Positions 45,201-59,200 of a DNA stretch of 64,000 bases are shown piece after piece. Position 1 is the stretch's first letter; every line of letters starts with the position of its first letter. The DNA comes from an uncultured Candidatus Babeliaceae bacterium (GTDB lineage Bacteria > Babelota > Babeliae > Babelales > Babelaceae): assembly GCA_963704655.1 (NCBI GenBank), contig OY969927.1, positions 224,001-288,000 on the forward strand, in the 5' to 3' direction. Under the pieces are notes generated by a model. It ran no database searches. It had not been told where the DNA came from and worked only from the letters and a program-made list of their open reading frames with translations. Made by a program: the position numbers and the translations under genes.

Positions 45201-47182
45201 CCGCAGTTGGTTCAGGTGCATTGGCGCAAAATCAATTCGGTTATAACAATGTAGCTGTTGGCTATTTTGCCCTTAATGCAAATTTAGATGATTACAATAA
45301 TACTGCTTTAGGGTATGAGGCTATGAGTAACAGTAGTGGTTCAAATAATACCGCATGTGGGGTGCAAGCATTACAAAATAATACCGGCGGAGATAATATA
45401 GCAATAGGCTTAGAAGTATTGATAAGTAATACTGGTAGCCGCAACATAGGTATTGGAAATTATGCTTTTGGAGAAGCCGTTTGTAATGCATCAGATTGTG
45501 TCGGAATAGGTTATAAAGCTTTAGCAAATCTAACTAACTCTAATTCTCAAGGTGATATTGCTATTGGAACCAATGCTTTAATGAGTCAAATCAATAGCAC
45601 CGGTTCTGTGGCAATTGGTTACCAGGCGTTACAAAACCAAAATACGCTTTACCCGAATGTGGCCATTGGATACCAGGCAATGTATTATAATAACAGTGGT
45701 ATATATAACACCGCAGTTGGCCCCAAAACTTTATATTATAATACTTCTGGAAGCGGGAATGTCGCTATCGGTAATCAAGCATTACAAAATTCCACTTTAA
45801 GTGATAATACCGCAGTTGGAAGTTTTGCATTAGAATTGAATCAAGTGAATCAAAATACTGCAATTGGGTATCAGTCATTAACAATGAATACCTTGGGCGT
45901 TCAAAATGTTGCCGTTGGGTACCAAGCATTGAGCAAAAATACCACGGGCTCATCAAATGTTGCATGTGGGTATCAAGCGCTTGCTAACTCTGTTGGATAT
46001 GGCAACAGCGCTTTTGGCACGTTCGCATTGGGATCATTAGTTTCTGGTTCACAAAACACTGCTGTTGGTGACGGCGCTTTAGGCTCATTGTCCTCGGGTA
46101 AAGGAAATACTGCAATAGGTTATTATGCAGCGTCTAACCAGCCAGGTGGTTCAGGAAACATCTATATTGGTGCAAGTATAGGGGCACAAACAAATGAAAG
46201 TAATACTACACGCATTGGTAATATTCTCAACACGTCAATAACAGGCGGAACAACGGTTGTTATTGATGCACAAAATAAATTAGGATATCTCGCGTCATCG
46301 AAAAATTTAAAAAACAACATTGTGCCTATAACGACAGATTCAAATAATATCTATGGGCTCACTCCAGTATCATTTACCTACAAAAATGACCCGTTAAATA
46401 CCATTCAGTATGGTTTTATTGCTGAAGATGTTTTTACCATTTACCCGGGAACTGTGCCTCTTGATAAAAATGGTTTGCCTTTTTCTGTTCAATACCACCA
46501 ATTTGTACCCTTACTTATCAATGAAATGCAAAAATTACATACTGTTTTACGGTATACAAGCACGTGTAATGTTGCTGTGGGCACACAGGCATTACCAGAC
46601 GTAACCAGTGGTGTTTCAAATACGGTAATCGGTGCACAAGCAGGCTCAAATATTATCACCGGATCACAAAATATCTATCTTGGTTACGGAGTAACCGGAC
46701 CAATAGATGAAAGTAATGTGATAAGAATCGGGGCGCAAGATACGCAAAAATCGGCGTATATTGCTGGTATTTATAATCAAGCATATGGGGCAACTGCCCT
46801 GCCGGTTATGATAGATGAAACGGGAAAACTTGGTACTGTTTCGTCATCGCGCCGTTACAAAAATAATGTTCAGGACATGGGTACTCTCACACAAGATATT
46901 TATAAGCTACGGCCTGTTACCTTCAATTACAAAAATGATACAACAGGTCATCTTGAATATGGTCTGATAGCTGAAGAAGTGGAAGCTATTTATCCAGGAA
47001 TTGTTATTAAAAATAGTGATGGTTTGCCTGAAACGGTTCAATATCAGTATTTGCCTATCATGATGCTTAACGAGCAGCAAAAAGATCATGCCGAGATTAT
47101 CGAATTACATGGTGCAGTTTATGATCTTACGCATAAAATTGCAGAATTAGATGCAAAAATAAATGCATTAATTAACCAGTAA
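42260..47182 (+). CDS. Giant secreted fibre protein 2 (paralog of protein 1, same architecture)
   Basis: Same N-terminus, 15 repeats, head repeats, SSKNLK and SSRRYK S74 domains. Confidence 0.88.
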   Translation: MKQYFYAAVAAAMLYALSMHAQITSPDQAYGVLQELELLTQGDQYDASQDNVILVLDELVRYLESDIPLSMHDRLALSKKVSQLAKSLNLQTRAPRFDAPEIPQTSILDENYYRTRDLYLRNLLITGSLILNGQQVAAHVPSGLYVLKAGDTMTGDLTMASQHGIVFDDAATGSVTIIAPATVSPTYTLELPTQPGAMGTVLTADGNNPAQLSWLPVTVVTTATIQLYGDVIGSSTATIVNTICGQKACNIVTTVTTGTSNNVCGTLVMRDSDCNFSANIITATVTNALLSQTALYAPCAGSANFAFTSSSALYSTTAVYATNALLSVTSQYATQAGSANFAFTSSSALYSTTAQYATNALLSVTSQYATQAGSANFAFTSSSALYSTTAQYATNALLSVTSQYAAQAGSANFAFTSSSALYSTTAVYATNALLSVTSQYATQAGSANFAFTSSSALYSTTAQYATNALLSVTSQYATQAGFANFAFTSSSALFSTTAVYATNALLSVTSQYATQADSANFAFTSSSALFSTTAVYATNALLSVTAQYAPYADSANFAFTSSSALFSTTAQYATNALLSVTSQYATQAGFANFAFTSSSALFSTTAVYATNALLSVTSQYATQADSANFAFTSSSALFSTTAVYATNALLSVTAQYAPYADSANFAFTSSSALYSTTAVYATNALLSVTSQYAPYADSANFAFTSSSALFSTTAQYATNALLSVTAQYAATAGSANFAFTSSSALYSTTAQYATNALLSVTSQYAQNAGSANFAFTSSSALYSTTAVYATNALLSVTSQYAAQAGSANFAFTSSSALYSTTAQYATNALLSVTSEYFTGQLYGDVVGTQDETQIVSICGVPACNLVQTFSMVLSATSCDSPLTLILRDDTGSFAATTITLTGDSLINYNPYGDCGPSSGFIFSPIYDNTIIGLNANNNDPFAGSNNTAYGFNALASNYLATDNTAIGVNALSSNTMISQLTAVGSGALAQNQFGYNNVAVGYFALNANLDDYNNTALGYEAMSNSSGSNNTACGVQALQNNTGGDNIAIGLEVLISNTGSRNIGIGNYAFGEAVCNASDCVGIGYKALANLTNSNSQGDIAIGTNALMSQINSTGSVAIGYQALQNQNTLYPNVAIGYQAMYYNNSGIYNTAVGPKTLYYNTSGSGNVAIGNQALQNSTLSDNTAVGSFALELNQVNQNTAIGYQSLTMNTLGVQNVAVGYQALSKNTTGSSNVACGYQALANSVGYGNSAFGTFALGSLVSGSQNTAVGDGALGSLSSGKGNTAIGYYAASNQPGGSGNIYIGASIGAQTNESNTTRIGNILNTSITGGTTVVIDAQNKLGYLASSKNLKNNIVPITTDSNNIYGLTPVSFTYKNDPLNTIQYGFIAEDVFTIYPGTVPLDKNGLPFSVQYHQFVPLLINEMQKLHTVLRYTSTCNVAVGTQALPDVTSGVSNTVIGAQAGSNIITGSQNIYLGYGVTGPIDESNVIRIGAQDTQKSAYIAGIYNQAYGATALPVMIDETGKLGTVSSSRRYKNNVQDMGTLTQDIYKLRPVTFNYKNDTTGHLEYGLIAEEVEAIYPGIVIKNSDGLPETVQYQYLPIMMLNEQQKDHAEIIELHGAVYDLTHKIAELDAKINALINQ
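43145..44764 (+). repeat. Coding tandem repeat, 15 x 108 bp
   Basis: Same 36-aa unit counted 15 times. Confidence 0.95.
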
Positions 47183-47188
47183 TTTTTT

Positions 47189-47228
47189 CAAGAGAGATAT
47201 GTTTTTTTACTATTATATATCTCTCTTG
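47189..47228. terminator. Inverted repeat, possible terminator after fibre gene 2
   Basis: caagagagatat...atatctctcttg; the right arm overlaps TTGAC of the next leader. Confidence 0.55.
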
Positions 47229-47298
47229 ACTCATTTATTATTTACATGTTAAGAACTACTACAATATCTACATTTTAAAAAAAAGAGAGTTAGTAGTT

Positions 47299-50200
47299 AT
47301 GAAGCAATATCTTTATGCAGCAATCGCTGCAGTTGTATTATTTGTGGCATCTTTACAAGCAGAAATAACCTCATTAGATAAGGCTTATGGGGTTTTACAA
47401 GAGCTTGAAATGTTCGCACAAGGCGATCAACTTGAAGCATCGAGTGATTCTGTTATGTTAGCACTTGATGAACTTATACGTTACCTTGAAAGTGATACAC
47501 TGCTTTCAGCAAATGTTCGTTTGGATATTTCAAAAAAGATTAATGTTCTTGTTAAAAAAATTAATCTGCAGACACGTGCGCCACGTTTAGATGCACCAGA
47601 AATACATGAAACTACAATACTTAATGAAAATTATTACCCAACGCGCGATCTCTATTTACGCAACTTACTCATTACTGGCTCGCTTATTTTAAATGGCCAG
47701 CAGATCGGCGGTGGCGGCAGTGTGCCAAGTAATCTCTATGTATTAAAAGCTGGCGACACCATGACGGGCGATTTAACCATGGCAGATCAGCACGGCATCG
47801 TCTTTGATGATACCAATTCTGGTTCTATAACTATTACTGCACCAGCAGCTGTTTCACCTGCTGGGACAAACTACACATTTGAATTACCCATAAATGCTGG
47901 CGGAAATGGTCAAGTTTTAACTACAGATGGCGGTAACCCAGCAATGCTTTCCTGGCAACCGGTTACTGCAATAGTAACAGCAACTATTCAATTATATGGT
48001 GATGTTGTTGGTTCAACATCTGCAACAAAAGTCGCATTTGTTTGCGGCGTGCCTGCATGTAACATTGTTCAAACCTATTCGACGGTTCTGTCTGCAACCA
48101 GTGCTAACCAGTGCGGCACACTTGTCTTGAGGGACAGCAACTGCAACTTTTCTGCTAATTTAATTACAGCAACGGTGACAAATGCACTTCTTTCACAAAC
48201 AGCGTTATATGCAACAAATTCATTACTTTCTGTAACATCGCAATATGCACAAAACGCAGGTTCGACTAACTTTGCCTTTACATCATCGCTTGCACAATAT
48301 GCATTAACTTCATTAACTTCAACAAGTGCACAATATGCAACAAATTCATTACTTTCTGTAACGTCACAATATGCAGCGAACGCTGGTTCAACTAACTTTG
48401 CTTTTACGTCATCGCTTGCACAATATGCATTAACAGCATTAACATCAACAAGTGCACAATATGCAACAAATGCGCTACTTTCTGTAACATCGCAATATGC
48501 AGCGAACGCTGGTTCAACTAACTTTGCTTTTACGTCATCGCTTGCACAATATGCACTTACTGCATTAACATCAACAAGTGCACAATATGCAACAAATTCA
48601 TTACTATCGGTAACGTCACAATATGCAGCAGTAGCAGGGGCAACTAACTTTGCCTATACATCTTCAAGTGCATTACTTTCTACAAGTGCACAATATGCTA
48701 ATGTTGCTGGATTTACTAACTTTGCCTTAACAGCATCAAGCGCGCTGCTTTCAACAACGGCACAATATGCAGCAGTAGCCGGGGCAACTAACTTTGCCTA
48801 TACATCTTCAAGTGCGTTACTTTCTACAAGTGCACAATATGCTAATGTTGCTGGATTTACTAACTTTGCCTTAACAGCATCAAGCGCGCTGCTTTCAACA
48901 ACGGCACAATATGCAGCAGTAGCCGGGGCAACTAACTTTGCCTATACATCTTCAAGTGCGTTACTTTCCACAAGCGCACAATATGCTAATGTTGCTGGAT
49001 TTACTAACTTTGCCTTAACAGCATCAAGCGCGCTGCTTTCAACAACGGCGCAATACGCAGCAGTAGCAGGGGCAACTAACTTTGCTTATACATCTTCAAG
49101 TGCATTACTTTCTACAAGTGCACAATATGCTAATGTTGCTGGATTTACTAACTTTGCCTTAACAGCATCAAGCGCGCTGCTTTCAACAACGGCACAATAT
49201 GCAGCAGTAGCCGGGGCAACTAACTTTGCCTATACATCTTCAAGTGCGTTACTTTCCACAAGCGCACAATATGCTAATGTTGCTGGATTTACTAACTTTG
49301 CCTTAACAGCATCAAGCGCGCTGCTTTCAACAACGGCGCAATACGCAGCAGTAGCAGGGGCAACTAACTTTGCTTATACATCTTCAAGTGCATTACTTTC
49401 TACAAGTGCACAATATGCTAATGTTGCTGGATTTACTAACTTTGCCTTAACAGCATCAAGCGCGCTGCTTTCAACAACGGCGCAATACGCAGCAGTAGCA
49501 GGGGCAACTAACTTTGCCTACACATCTTCAAGTGCGTTACTTTCCACAAGTGCACAGTACGCTAATGTTGCTGGATTTACTAACTTTGCATTAACTGCAT
49601 CAAGCGCGCTGCTTTCAACAACGGCACAATATGCAGCAGTAGCCGGGACAACTAACTTTGCCTACACATCTTCAAGTGCATTACTTTCTACAAGTGCACA
49701 GTACGCTAATGTTGCTGGATTTACTAACTTTGCATTAACTGCATCAAGCGCGCTGCTTTCAACAACGGCGCAATACGCAGCAGTAGCAGGGGCAACTAAC
49801 TTTGCCTTTACATCATCGCTTGCACAATATGCATTAACAGCATTAACATCAACAAGTGCACAGTATGCAACAAATTCATTACTATCGGTAACATCGCAAT
49901 ATGCAGCGAACGCTGGTTCGACTAACTTTGCTTTTACATCATCGCTTGCACAATATGCATTAACAGCATTAACATCAACAAGTGCACAGTATGCAACAAA
50001 TTCATTACTATCGGTAACATCGCAATATGCAGCAAACGCTGGCTCAACTAACTTTGCCTTTACATCATCGCTTGCACAATATGCATTAACGGCACTGACA
50101 TCAACAAGTGCACAGTATGCAACAAATTCATTACTTTCTGTAACATCGCAATATGCGCAAAACGCGGGCTCAACTAACTTTGCTTTCACGTCATCAGTTG

Positions 50201-53200
50201 CGCAATATGCATTAACTTCATTAACTTCAACAAGTGCACAATATGCAACTAATGCATTGCTTTCTGTAACGGCACAGTATGCAAAAAATGCAGGTTCAAC
50301 AAACTTTGCTTACACATCATCAAGTGCGTTATATTCAACAACGGCACAATACGCACTTACTGCACTGACATCAACAAGTGCGCAATATGCAACAAATGCG
50401 CTACTTTCTGTAACATCGCAATATGCAGCAACCGCTGGTTCAACTAACTTTGCCTACACATCATCAAGCGCGTTATATTCAACAACGGCACAATACGCAC
50501 TTACTGCATTAATATCAACAAGTGCACAATATGCAACTAACGCGTTACTTTCTGTAACTTCACAATATGCAGCTAATGCTGGCTCAACTAACTTTGCTTA
50601 TACGGCATCGAGTGCGTTATATTCAACAACGGCACAATATGCACAGGTAGCAAACAGCGCCAATTATATTTGCGGCGTGCCAGCATGTAATTTAGTAAAT
50701 ACCTATTCACAGGTACTTTCTGGAACAAGTTATGATATTCCATTAAAGCTGGTTCTACGTGATAGCACCGGCAGCTTTGCAGCAACTACGGTTACGTTAA
50801 CTGGCGCATTAAGGCTGCAAAATGCAAATGGTAATCTTACTACGCTTGAAGCTGGTGCGCAAAGTTTTGCTCCAGTCTATACATTAATATTGCCAACAAC
50901 AATTGGTGGTGATAATCAGGTATTAACAACAGACGGTAATAACCCAGCAAATCTTTTTTGGCAGCCTGTTTCTGCAATAACCACATCGACTATTTTGCTC
51001 TATGGCGATGTTACCGGATCTTCTACTGCAAATAGGGTAACAACTATTTGTGGTGTGCCAGCATGTAATCTGGTGAATACCTACTCATTTGTACTTTCCG
51101 GGACAAGTGCAGATATTCCATTAACCTTAGTTTTACGTGATTCAACCGGAAGTTTTGCAGCAACTACGGTTACGTTAACAGGCGCATTACAATTGCAAAA
51201 TGCAAATGGTAATCTTACTGCGTTTCAAGCGGGTGCGCAAAGTTTTGCTCCAGTTTATACATTAATATTGCCAACATCCGTGGGTGGTGATAATCAGGTA
51301 TTAACAACAGACGGTAATAACCCTGCAAACCTTTCATGGCAGCCTGTTACTGCAATAACCACATCGACTATTTTGCTCTATGGCGATGTTACCGGATCTT
51401 CTACTGCAAATAGGGTAACAACTATTTGTGGCGTGCCAGCATGTAATCTGGTGAATACCTACTCATTTGTACTTTCCGGTACAAGTGCAGATATTCCATT
51501 AACATTAGTTTTACGTGATTCAACAGGAAGTTTTTCAGCAACAACTATAACGGCAAGTTCTATTATTGTTGATAATCAAACACTTGTTGTTGACCCTATT
51601 AATCATTTAGTAGGTATTGGCACCAATCAACCAGCATTATATCCACAAGGACGTTTATTGGAACGCATTACGCCTAATATTCCAAGCTTTAGTGGTATTG
51701 CTCCGGGAAGTTGCTCGGGAGATTTTATTAACTCATCGTATATCGCGCAACCAAGTAGTATTATTGGCGTTAATCAAGTGGGGATCATCTCGATTAATGA
51801 CCCAGTAAATCTCAATCTGGTTGCAACGATAAACGGAGGCTTTCCAACACAAACACGTGTAACGGGAACGACATTATATGTTTTAAATTCAGCAGGCTTT
51901 TTATCACCACGTAACTCCATTGCGCGCTATGATGTAAGTAACCCATTGGACCCTGTTTTTGTAAATGAGTTTAACTGTCTACCATTTCCAGGAAATATAG
52001 CCGTGACATCAAGTAATGTTTACGAAACTGATGTGTTGCGTGGATTATTTATCTATGATTCGGAGCTTGATTATCTAGGCAGCACCACGCCATTTTCTGC
52101 ATTTAGTTTAGCTGTTTCAAATGATATTGCATTAGTCGGTACGCTCGAAGGGCAACTTTATGCCTTTAATGTTTCAAATCCAGCAAATATAGTACCATTA
52201 GGGTCATTGCTCTTCACAAACCCTGTTGTTGATATTAACATTCAGGGGATATATGCATTTGTTTCACTTGCTACACACAATGGAATTCCTGGAAGCGTGC
52301 AGATTGTTAATATTTCAAATCCAAATGCATTAACTATTGCTAACGTTCTTACCACGAATCTTTTATCACCTATACAAACGCTGATAAAAAATAATATATT
52401 GTATGTTGTTGACGCTGTTCTGAATACCATTAATGAATATGATATTACCACGATAACCTCACCAGTGTTCCTTACCAGTTATAATAATGGTACACCGCTT
52501 TCATCGATACTTTCAAATAGCCAAAACCTTTATGCAATTCCGACACAGGGATCACTTTTTGCCCTTAACCCAGCTTCAGAATTCTTGTTAACCGTTACCG
52601 GTGATACGCTTATCGGCGGCATCCTTAATTTATTACCAACAGGTAGCGGCAGTGGACAAATCAAGATTGGTGGGGCTACCGTATTACATACCTTTAATGG
52701 TGGCACCTATGTGGGGCCAAATGCTGGGAATTTCTCGACTATCAATGGCATTGGAAATTTAGAAAGTAATAATATAAGTGAAGCACAAAACAGTACCGCT
52801 GTTGGCGCAAACAGTCTTGCAAATATTATCAGTGGATTTAATAACACCGCAATTGGCGCGCAAGCCAGCCAGTACCTGACAAATGGAAATGATAATACTG
52901 CTGTGGGCTTTGCAACATTACTAGAAAATAACTCTGGCTCACAAAATACTGTTGTTGGTTCACGCGCGTTAAGTGGTTCAGACTACTTATGCACCTCAAC
53001 TATTACCGTAAACGATTGCACCGCAGTCGGCTTTAATGCGCTTAATGTAAATAATGCAGATCAAATTACTGCCATCGGATCTGGTGCATTACAAAATAAT
53101 AGCACCGGGCTACAAAATACTGCTCTTGGTTATAATGCACTTCAAGGTAACATTGCAGGCAATACCAATACCGCTGTTGGCCATAACAGTTTAAACAGCG

Positions 53201-56200
53201 CTCAAAATAGCAGTAACAATACCGTAATCGGTGCAGAATCAGGAACATCTTCAAGTCTTGGTTCGTATAATATCTATCTGGGCGATAGCATTAACTTTGG
53301 TGGAGAAGGTAATACCATACGCATCGGCACCCAAGGTGTACAAGCAGCCGCTTACATGGCTGGGGTTACGGGAAACTTACAACCTTCTGCATTGCCAGTT
53401 ACGATCAATAGTAATGGGCTATTGGGTGTAGGGAATCTCATTACTACAAGCGCTATCTATTTCACCGGGCAATTATATGGTGATGTTATTGGCACACAAA
53501 CAGCGACACAGGTTGTTACGGTCTGCGGAGTGCCTGCATGTAGTTTGGTAAATTCGTATTCAAAAATACTTTTAGCTACAAGCTGTGATAATGCATCAAC
53601 ATTAGTGGAACGTGATGAAACGGGCAGCTTTGAAGTAACCACTATTACCTTTACTGGCAACAGTTTAATTAATTATAGTTCTTTAGGTGGCTGTGATACC
53701 GGCCAAGCCTTTGTCTTTGCGCCAACAAATCAAAATACCATTATTGGTCTTGGAGCAGGCAATAATAATATTTTAACGGGCATCAGCAACGTTGCACTTG
53801 GTTATAATGCGCTTATGAGTGCAACAGCGGCTTTTGACAACATCGCCATTGGCGCATTTGCGGGTCAAAGCCTTGTAGGTGGAGTTGATAATATCGCTAT
53901 TGGTACAGACGCATTAGCATCAACCCAACAAGGTTTTTGTAATGTTGCTATAGGAACCTCGGCATTAATGACGGCAACAGATGTTCCTACGCCTAAGGGA
54001 TTGATCCCTTTACAATATAATGTTGCTATCGGGTACCAAGCTCTCATGAATACATTGGCTGGGGAAGCTGCGGTATCCCCATTCCTTCCTAACAAAATCT
54101 TTATTAATACTGCTGTAGGAAGTTTAGCTTTAACCACTAATATATCGGGCAATGTTAATACCGCCATTGGCTACAGCGCATTAACCAATAATATTGTTGG
54201 TAGCAGGAACACCGCAGTTGGGAATTCGGCATTATCAACTGTAATTTCTGGTGATGGCAATACAGCAATAGGTTCTGGTGCAAATGTTTATGACCCGGAT
54301 GCACAAAACAGAACGGCCATAGGTTCAGGCGCTATTGCTTTTGTTGATAACAGCATCATGCTTGGCTCTAGTGCTGTGCAGTATATTATGCCAGGTGGCT
54401 ATAATTTGACGGATCTTGGTTATCCACCATCTAATCTTTTAAATAATGTGCAGGCAACCCAACTTAATCTTTATGATAGCACTGATACAATATATGCGGG
54501 CATTACTGCGCCAGAAAATTATAATTATACCTATACCTTATACATGCCTGTTAGCCAAGGTTTTGCTAACCAAGCGCTTATGACAGACGGTAATAACCCT
54601 GCGCAACTAAGTTGGGGTACCATCGTTACAAATAGCACCCAATCGTGCGATATACCATCGACCCTTGTCTTACGCGATGATACGGGCAGCTTTGCAGCAA
54701 CAACAATTACACTCACGGGAAATAGTCTTATTAATTACAGCTCACTTGGCGCATGCAATACTGGTTCTGGCTTTATCTTTGCACCAACAAACCAAAATAC
54801 TCTTATTGGTCTTGGTGCAGGCAATAGCAATATTCTCACTGGAACCAATAATACCGCCTTTGGGTATAATGCGCTTGCAGCTATAACATCTGGGTATCAC
54901 AATGCCGCTGTGGGTGTGGGGACATTAAGTGCATTGAATTATAATTCTGCCTATAACACCGCATTAGGAAATTTTGCAGGTAAACATTTGCTTAATGGCA
55001 GTTACAATGTGTTATTAGGTTATGGTGCAGGTGCGGGCTTTACCAATGGTAATAACAATATCGCCATTGGATATCAATCTCTCATTCAAACAGCTACTTT
55101 CTGTGACAATATCGCAATCGGGGCTTTGGCCTTATGGAACAATAGCGCAAACCAAAACCTTGCAATCGGTTCGTATGCCCTTGAATATAATACCTCGGGA
55201 ACAGGCAACAGCGCTATTGGTTATACTGCATTAATCAATAGTACAACCGGAAATTATAATACGGCATTTGGTTATCTTGCAGGTTCAAATTCACTTGGTT
55301 CAAATAATATCTATCTTGGTGCGAATGTTACCGGAAACAGTTCTGATAACGGTGTTATTCAGATCGGCAACCAGGGCGTGCAAAATGCTGCATATGTTGC
55401 GGGCATCTATAATAACTTACAAATGGGTGAACCGGTAGTTATTACCAGCAGTGGCCAACTTGGCATAGGCTCATATTCAAATCTTATTAACACCGCAACT
55501 TCATGCGACAATGCACTTACACTTGTGCTGCGCGACAGCACCGGCAGCTTTGCAGCAACAACAATTACACTCACGGGCAATAGTTTAATTAATTACAGTT
55601 CTGTCGGCGGATGCGATACTGGCCAAAGCTTTATTCTTGCACCAACGCAAGGTAATACCATTATCGGTTTAAGTACCGGCACTGCTATAACAACCGGTAC
55701 GAATAATATTTATCTTGGTGCCAATATTAATAAAGGCAATGAAAGTGGTGCTATCCGTATAGGGAACAGCAATCAAACTTCAGCATATGTTGCGGGCATT
55801 TATAATAACTTACAAGTGGGTGAACCGGTAGTTATTACCAGCAGTGGCCAACTCGGCATAGGCTCATATTCAAATCTTATTAACACCGCAACATCATGCG
55901 ACAATATATTGTCGCTGGTTCTGCGTGACAGCACGGGCAGTTTTGCAGCAACAACAATTACACTCACGGGCAACAGTTTAATTAATTACAGTTCTGTCGG
56001 CGGATGCGATACTGGCAAAAGCTTTATTCTTGCACCAACGCAAGGTAATACCATTATCGGTTTAAATACCGGTACTGCTATAACAACCGGTACGAATAAT
56101 ATTTATCTTGGTGCCAATATTAATAAAGGCAATGAAAGTGGAGCTATCCGTATAGGGAACAGCAACCAAACTGCTGCATATGTTGCCGGCATTTACAATA

Positions 56201-59200
56201 ACTTACAAGTTGGTGAACCGGTAGTTATTACCAGCAGTGGTCAACTTGGTGTGGGGTCATCTTTAAATCTTATTAATACTGCAACATCATGTGATTATGC
56301 TTTAACACTTGTGCTGCGTGATAGTACCGGAAGCTTCTCTGCAACTATGGTTACACTAACAGGTAACACCATGGTAAGTTACGGAACCAGCCCATGCGAC
56401 CCAACAGCATTTATCTTTGCACCATTACAACAAAACACACTCATGGGTGTAAATGCTAATAGCAACAGCCCACTTATTGGTTGGAACAACACTGCTTATG
56501 GATACCAAGCATTAACAAACAACTTAACCGGCTCAGATAACGTTGCAGTAGGCAATAACGCATTAAACAGCAGTTCAAACTTTACTGGTGTTCAACGCAG
56601 CATTGCTATCGGTTCACAAAGTATGCCAAATGTTGGCTCATCAACGGTAGATAATATTGCCATTGGTTACCAATCATTGGGCAATTTAGTAAGTGCTTTT
56701 GATACCTCTTACGGTACTCGAAATATTGCACTTGGCAACCAAGTGATGACCAATGCTCAAGGAAACTCTACCTGCATCGGTATCGGCTATCAAGCATTAC
56801 AAAATACTAATTACTCATCAGATAACATTGGCATAGGAACATCGGCATTGTCACAAAACAGTGGCTCAGCCTCAAATGCTCACATTGCTATTGGGTCAAA
56901 TGCGCTTGAAAGTTTTAATAGTACAAATCTTTCAGGTAATATTGCCATCGGTTATGGCGCAGCAAGTGCATTAACAACAAATACAGGAAGTGGCAGCAGC
57001 GATGCATGCATTATGATTGGTTACCAAGCAGGGGCAACAAACCCTGCCAGATCAACTGCATCAATCTATATTGGAAGTAATCTCAATGCGCCTGTTGCTG
57101 CAGAATTTGACACAATCCGCTTAGGTGCTTTTCCCTATAGCATCGCGCCGGCTGGTGTACCAGCGCATAACATTGCTATTGGTAATTCAGCGCTTTCAAG
57201 CCCAAGCCTTGGCGCTGCAAGCAACAATACCGCAATCGGCTACCAAGCGTTACAAAACAATACCGCAAACCAGCTTACTGCTGTTGGTTCTGGCGCATTA
57301 AGTGCAAACACTGGTGGGATTCAAAATACTGCCGTTGGTTATTATGCACTTAATCAGGTAACAACATCAACAGCAAATACCGCAGTTGGTTACCGTGCAT
57401 TACAAAATATTACCACACGTTTTGGTGGGCAAGTTGCGTTAGGAAGTTTAACGTTAACGTCACTTTCTGATGGCGGCCAAGGTAACACCGGTATTGGGTC
57501 AAGTGCATTTACCTTATTAACTACTGGTAGTATTAATACCGGGCTTGGTTTTAATGCGGGAAGTGGTTTAATTACCGGCACAGGAAACATTCTTATTGGC
57601 GCCTATACCGCGCAAGGGTTAACCTCAGGAGCAAATAATATTATCATCGGCCAGGGTGCAGTTGCAGCAGCATCAACAGCAAGTAATAATACTATTATCG
57701 GTACACTTGTAGGTGTTAATAGTACTTCAAGCAATAATGCTGCTGTTGGGTATCAAGCATTGCAAAATGATACCGCAGGAAACCAAGTTGCTGTTGGGTA
57801 CCAAGCAATGCAAAGTAATACAGCCGGTATACAGAATACTGCTGTTGGGTATCAAGCGCTTAATGCGAATACTACTGGAACATCGAATGTCGCGCTTGGC
57901 TATCAAGCTTTAGCAAATGCAAAAACTATTAACAACTTTGATAATATCGCCATCGGCGCGTTTACGCTTTCTGGTGCAAATATTTTAGGAGATAATATCG
58001 CAATTGGTGTTAACGCACTTTCAAATGCAAACTATAACCAAGGCCAGCAAATTGCTATCGGTTCTGGCGCATTAGCGGCAAATACAGGAGGTACTTATAA
58101 TAGTGCAGTTGGTTACCAAACATTAAATGCAAATACCACAGGAGTACAAAATACCGCTGTTGGTTACCAAGCATTGCAAAAAAATACCACTGGCTATGCA
58201 AATACAGCACTTGGTTATTATGCGTTAAATCAAAACACTATAGGTGATACAAATATGGCAATTGGTGGTCTAGCGCTTCAAAATGCGTCAGCTCAAAGTT
58301 ATAATACAGCAATTGGCTATAACACACTTATTGGTGCAAATATTTTAAGCTATAATGTTGCAATTGGTTCTAGTGCGCTTTCATCACCTAACAATACTCA
58401 AGGCCAGCAAACTGCTGTCGGTTATAGTGCATTACTAAATAATACTTCGGGTGCGAATAATACTGCTGTTGGTTTTCAGACATTATATGAAAATCAAACC
58501 GGTAGCGGAAATACTGCACTTGGTTTGCAGGCGTTATTTAAAGGAACTGCTAATTCAGATAATACTGCTGTAGGGTATTATGCTCTTTTTGGAAACAGCG
58601 GTACTCTTACTGCGGGCCAATTAACTGCAGTTGGTTCAGGAGCGTTGTATAATAATTCATCAGGCGGTCAGAATGTGGCAGTTGGCTATTATGCATTAAA
58701 CTCAAATACAACTGGTACGGCTAACGTTGCACTTGGTACTCTTGCCCTTGCAACAAATATCACCGGAACGGCTAACGTTGCACTTGGTTATAATGCTGGA
58801 GCAGGTGCTACTGGAAATGCCAACACTATCATCGGGTCCTCTGCTGGCTCGGGGGTTCTTTCGGGAAATAACATTATTGTTATTGGAAATGGCCTGGTCG
58901 GTGGTGCCACTCCATTTACAACATATATAGCTGGCATTTCTGGGGCAACGGCAAGTGGTGGCGTAGAGGTATATTGTAATACCAGCAGTCAACTTGGAAC
59001 TCTTAATTCTTCTAGACGTTATAAAGAAAATATTAAGGACCTAGGTAATTTTTCAGATAATATCTATAAATTACGTCCAGTACAATTTAATTACATAAGT
59101 GACCAAGAAAAGTGGTTTGAAGCTGGTTTAATAGCAGAAGAAGTAGTCGATATTTACCCTCAAATAATTGTTTATAAGGATGGTGAAATCGAAACGATAC

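Noticed and set aside
38121-50664. CRISPR array in the tandem repeats
   Set aside because: The repeats are contiguous, in frame and vary mostly at codon level; there are no unique spacers and no cas operon.
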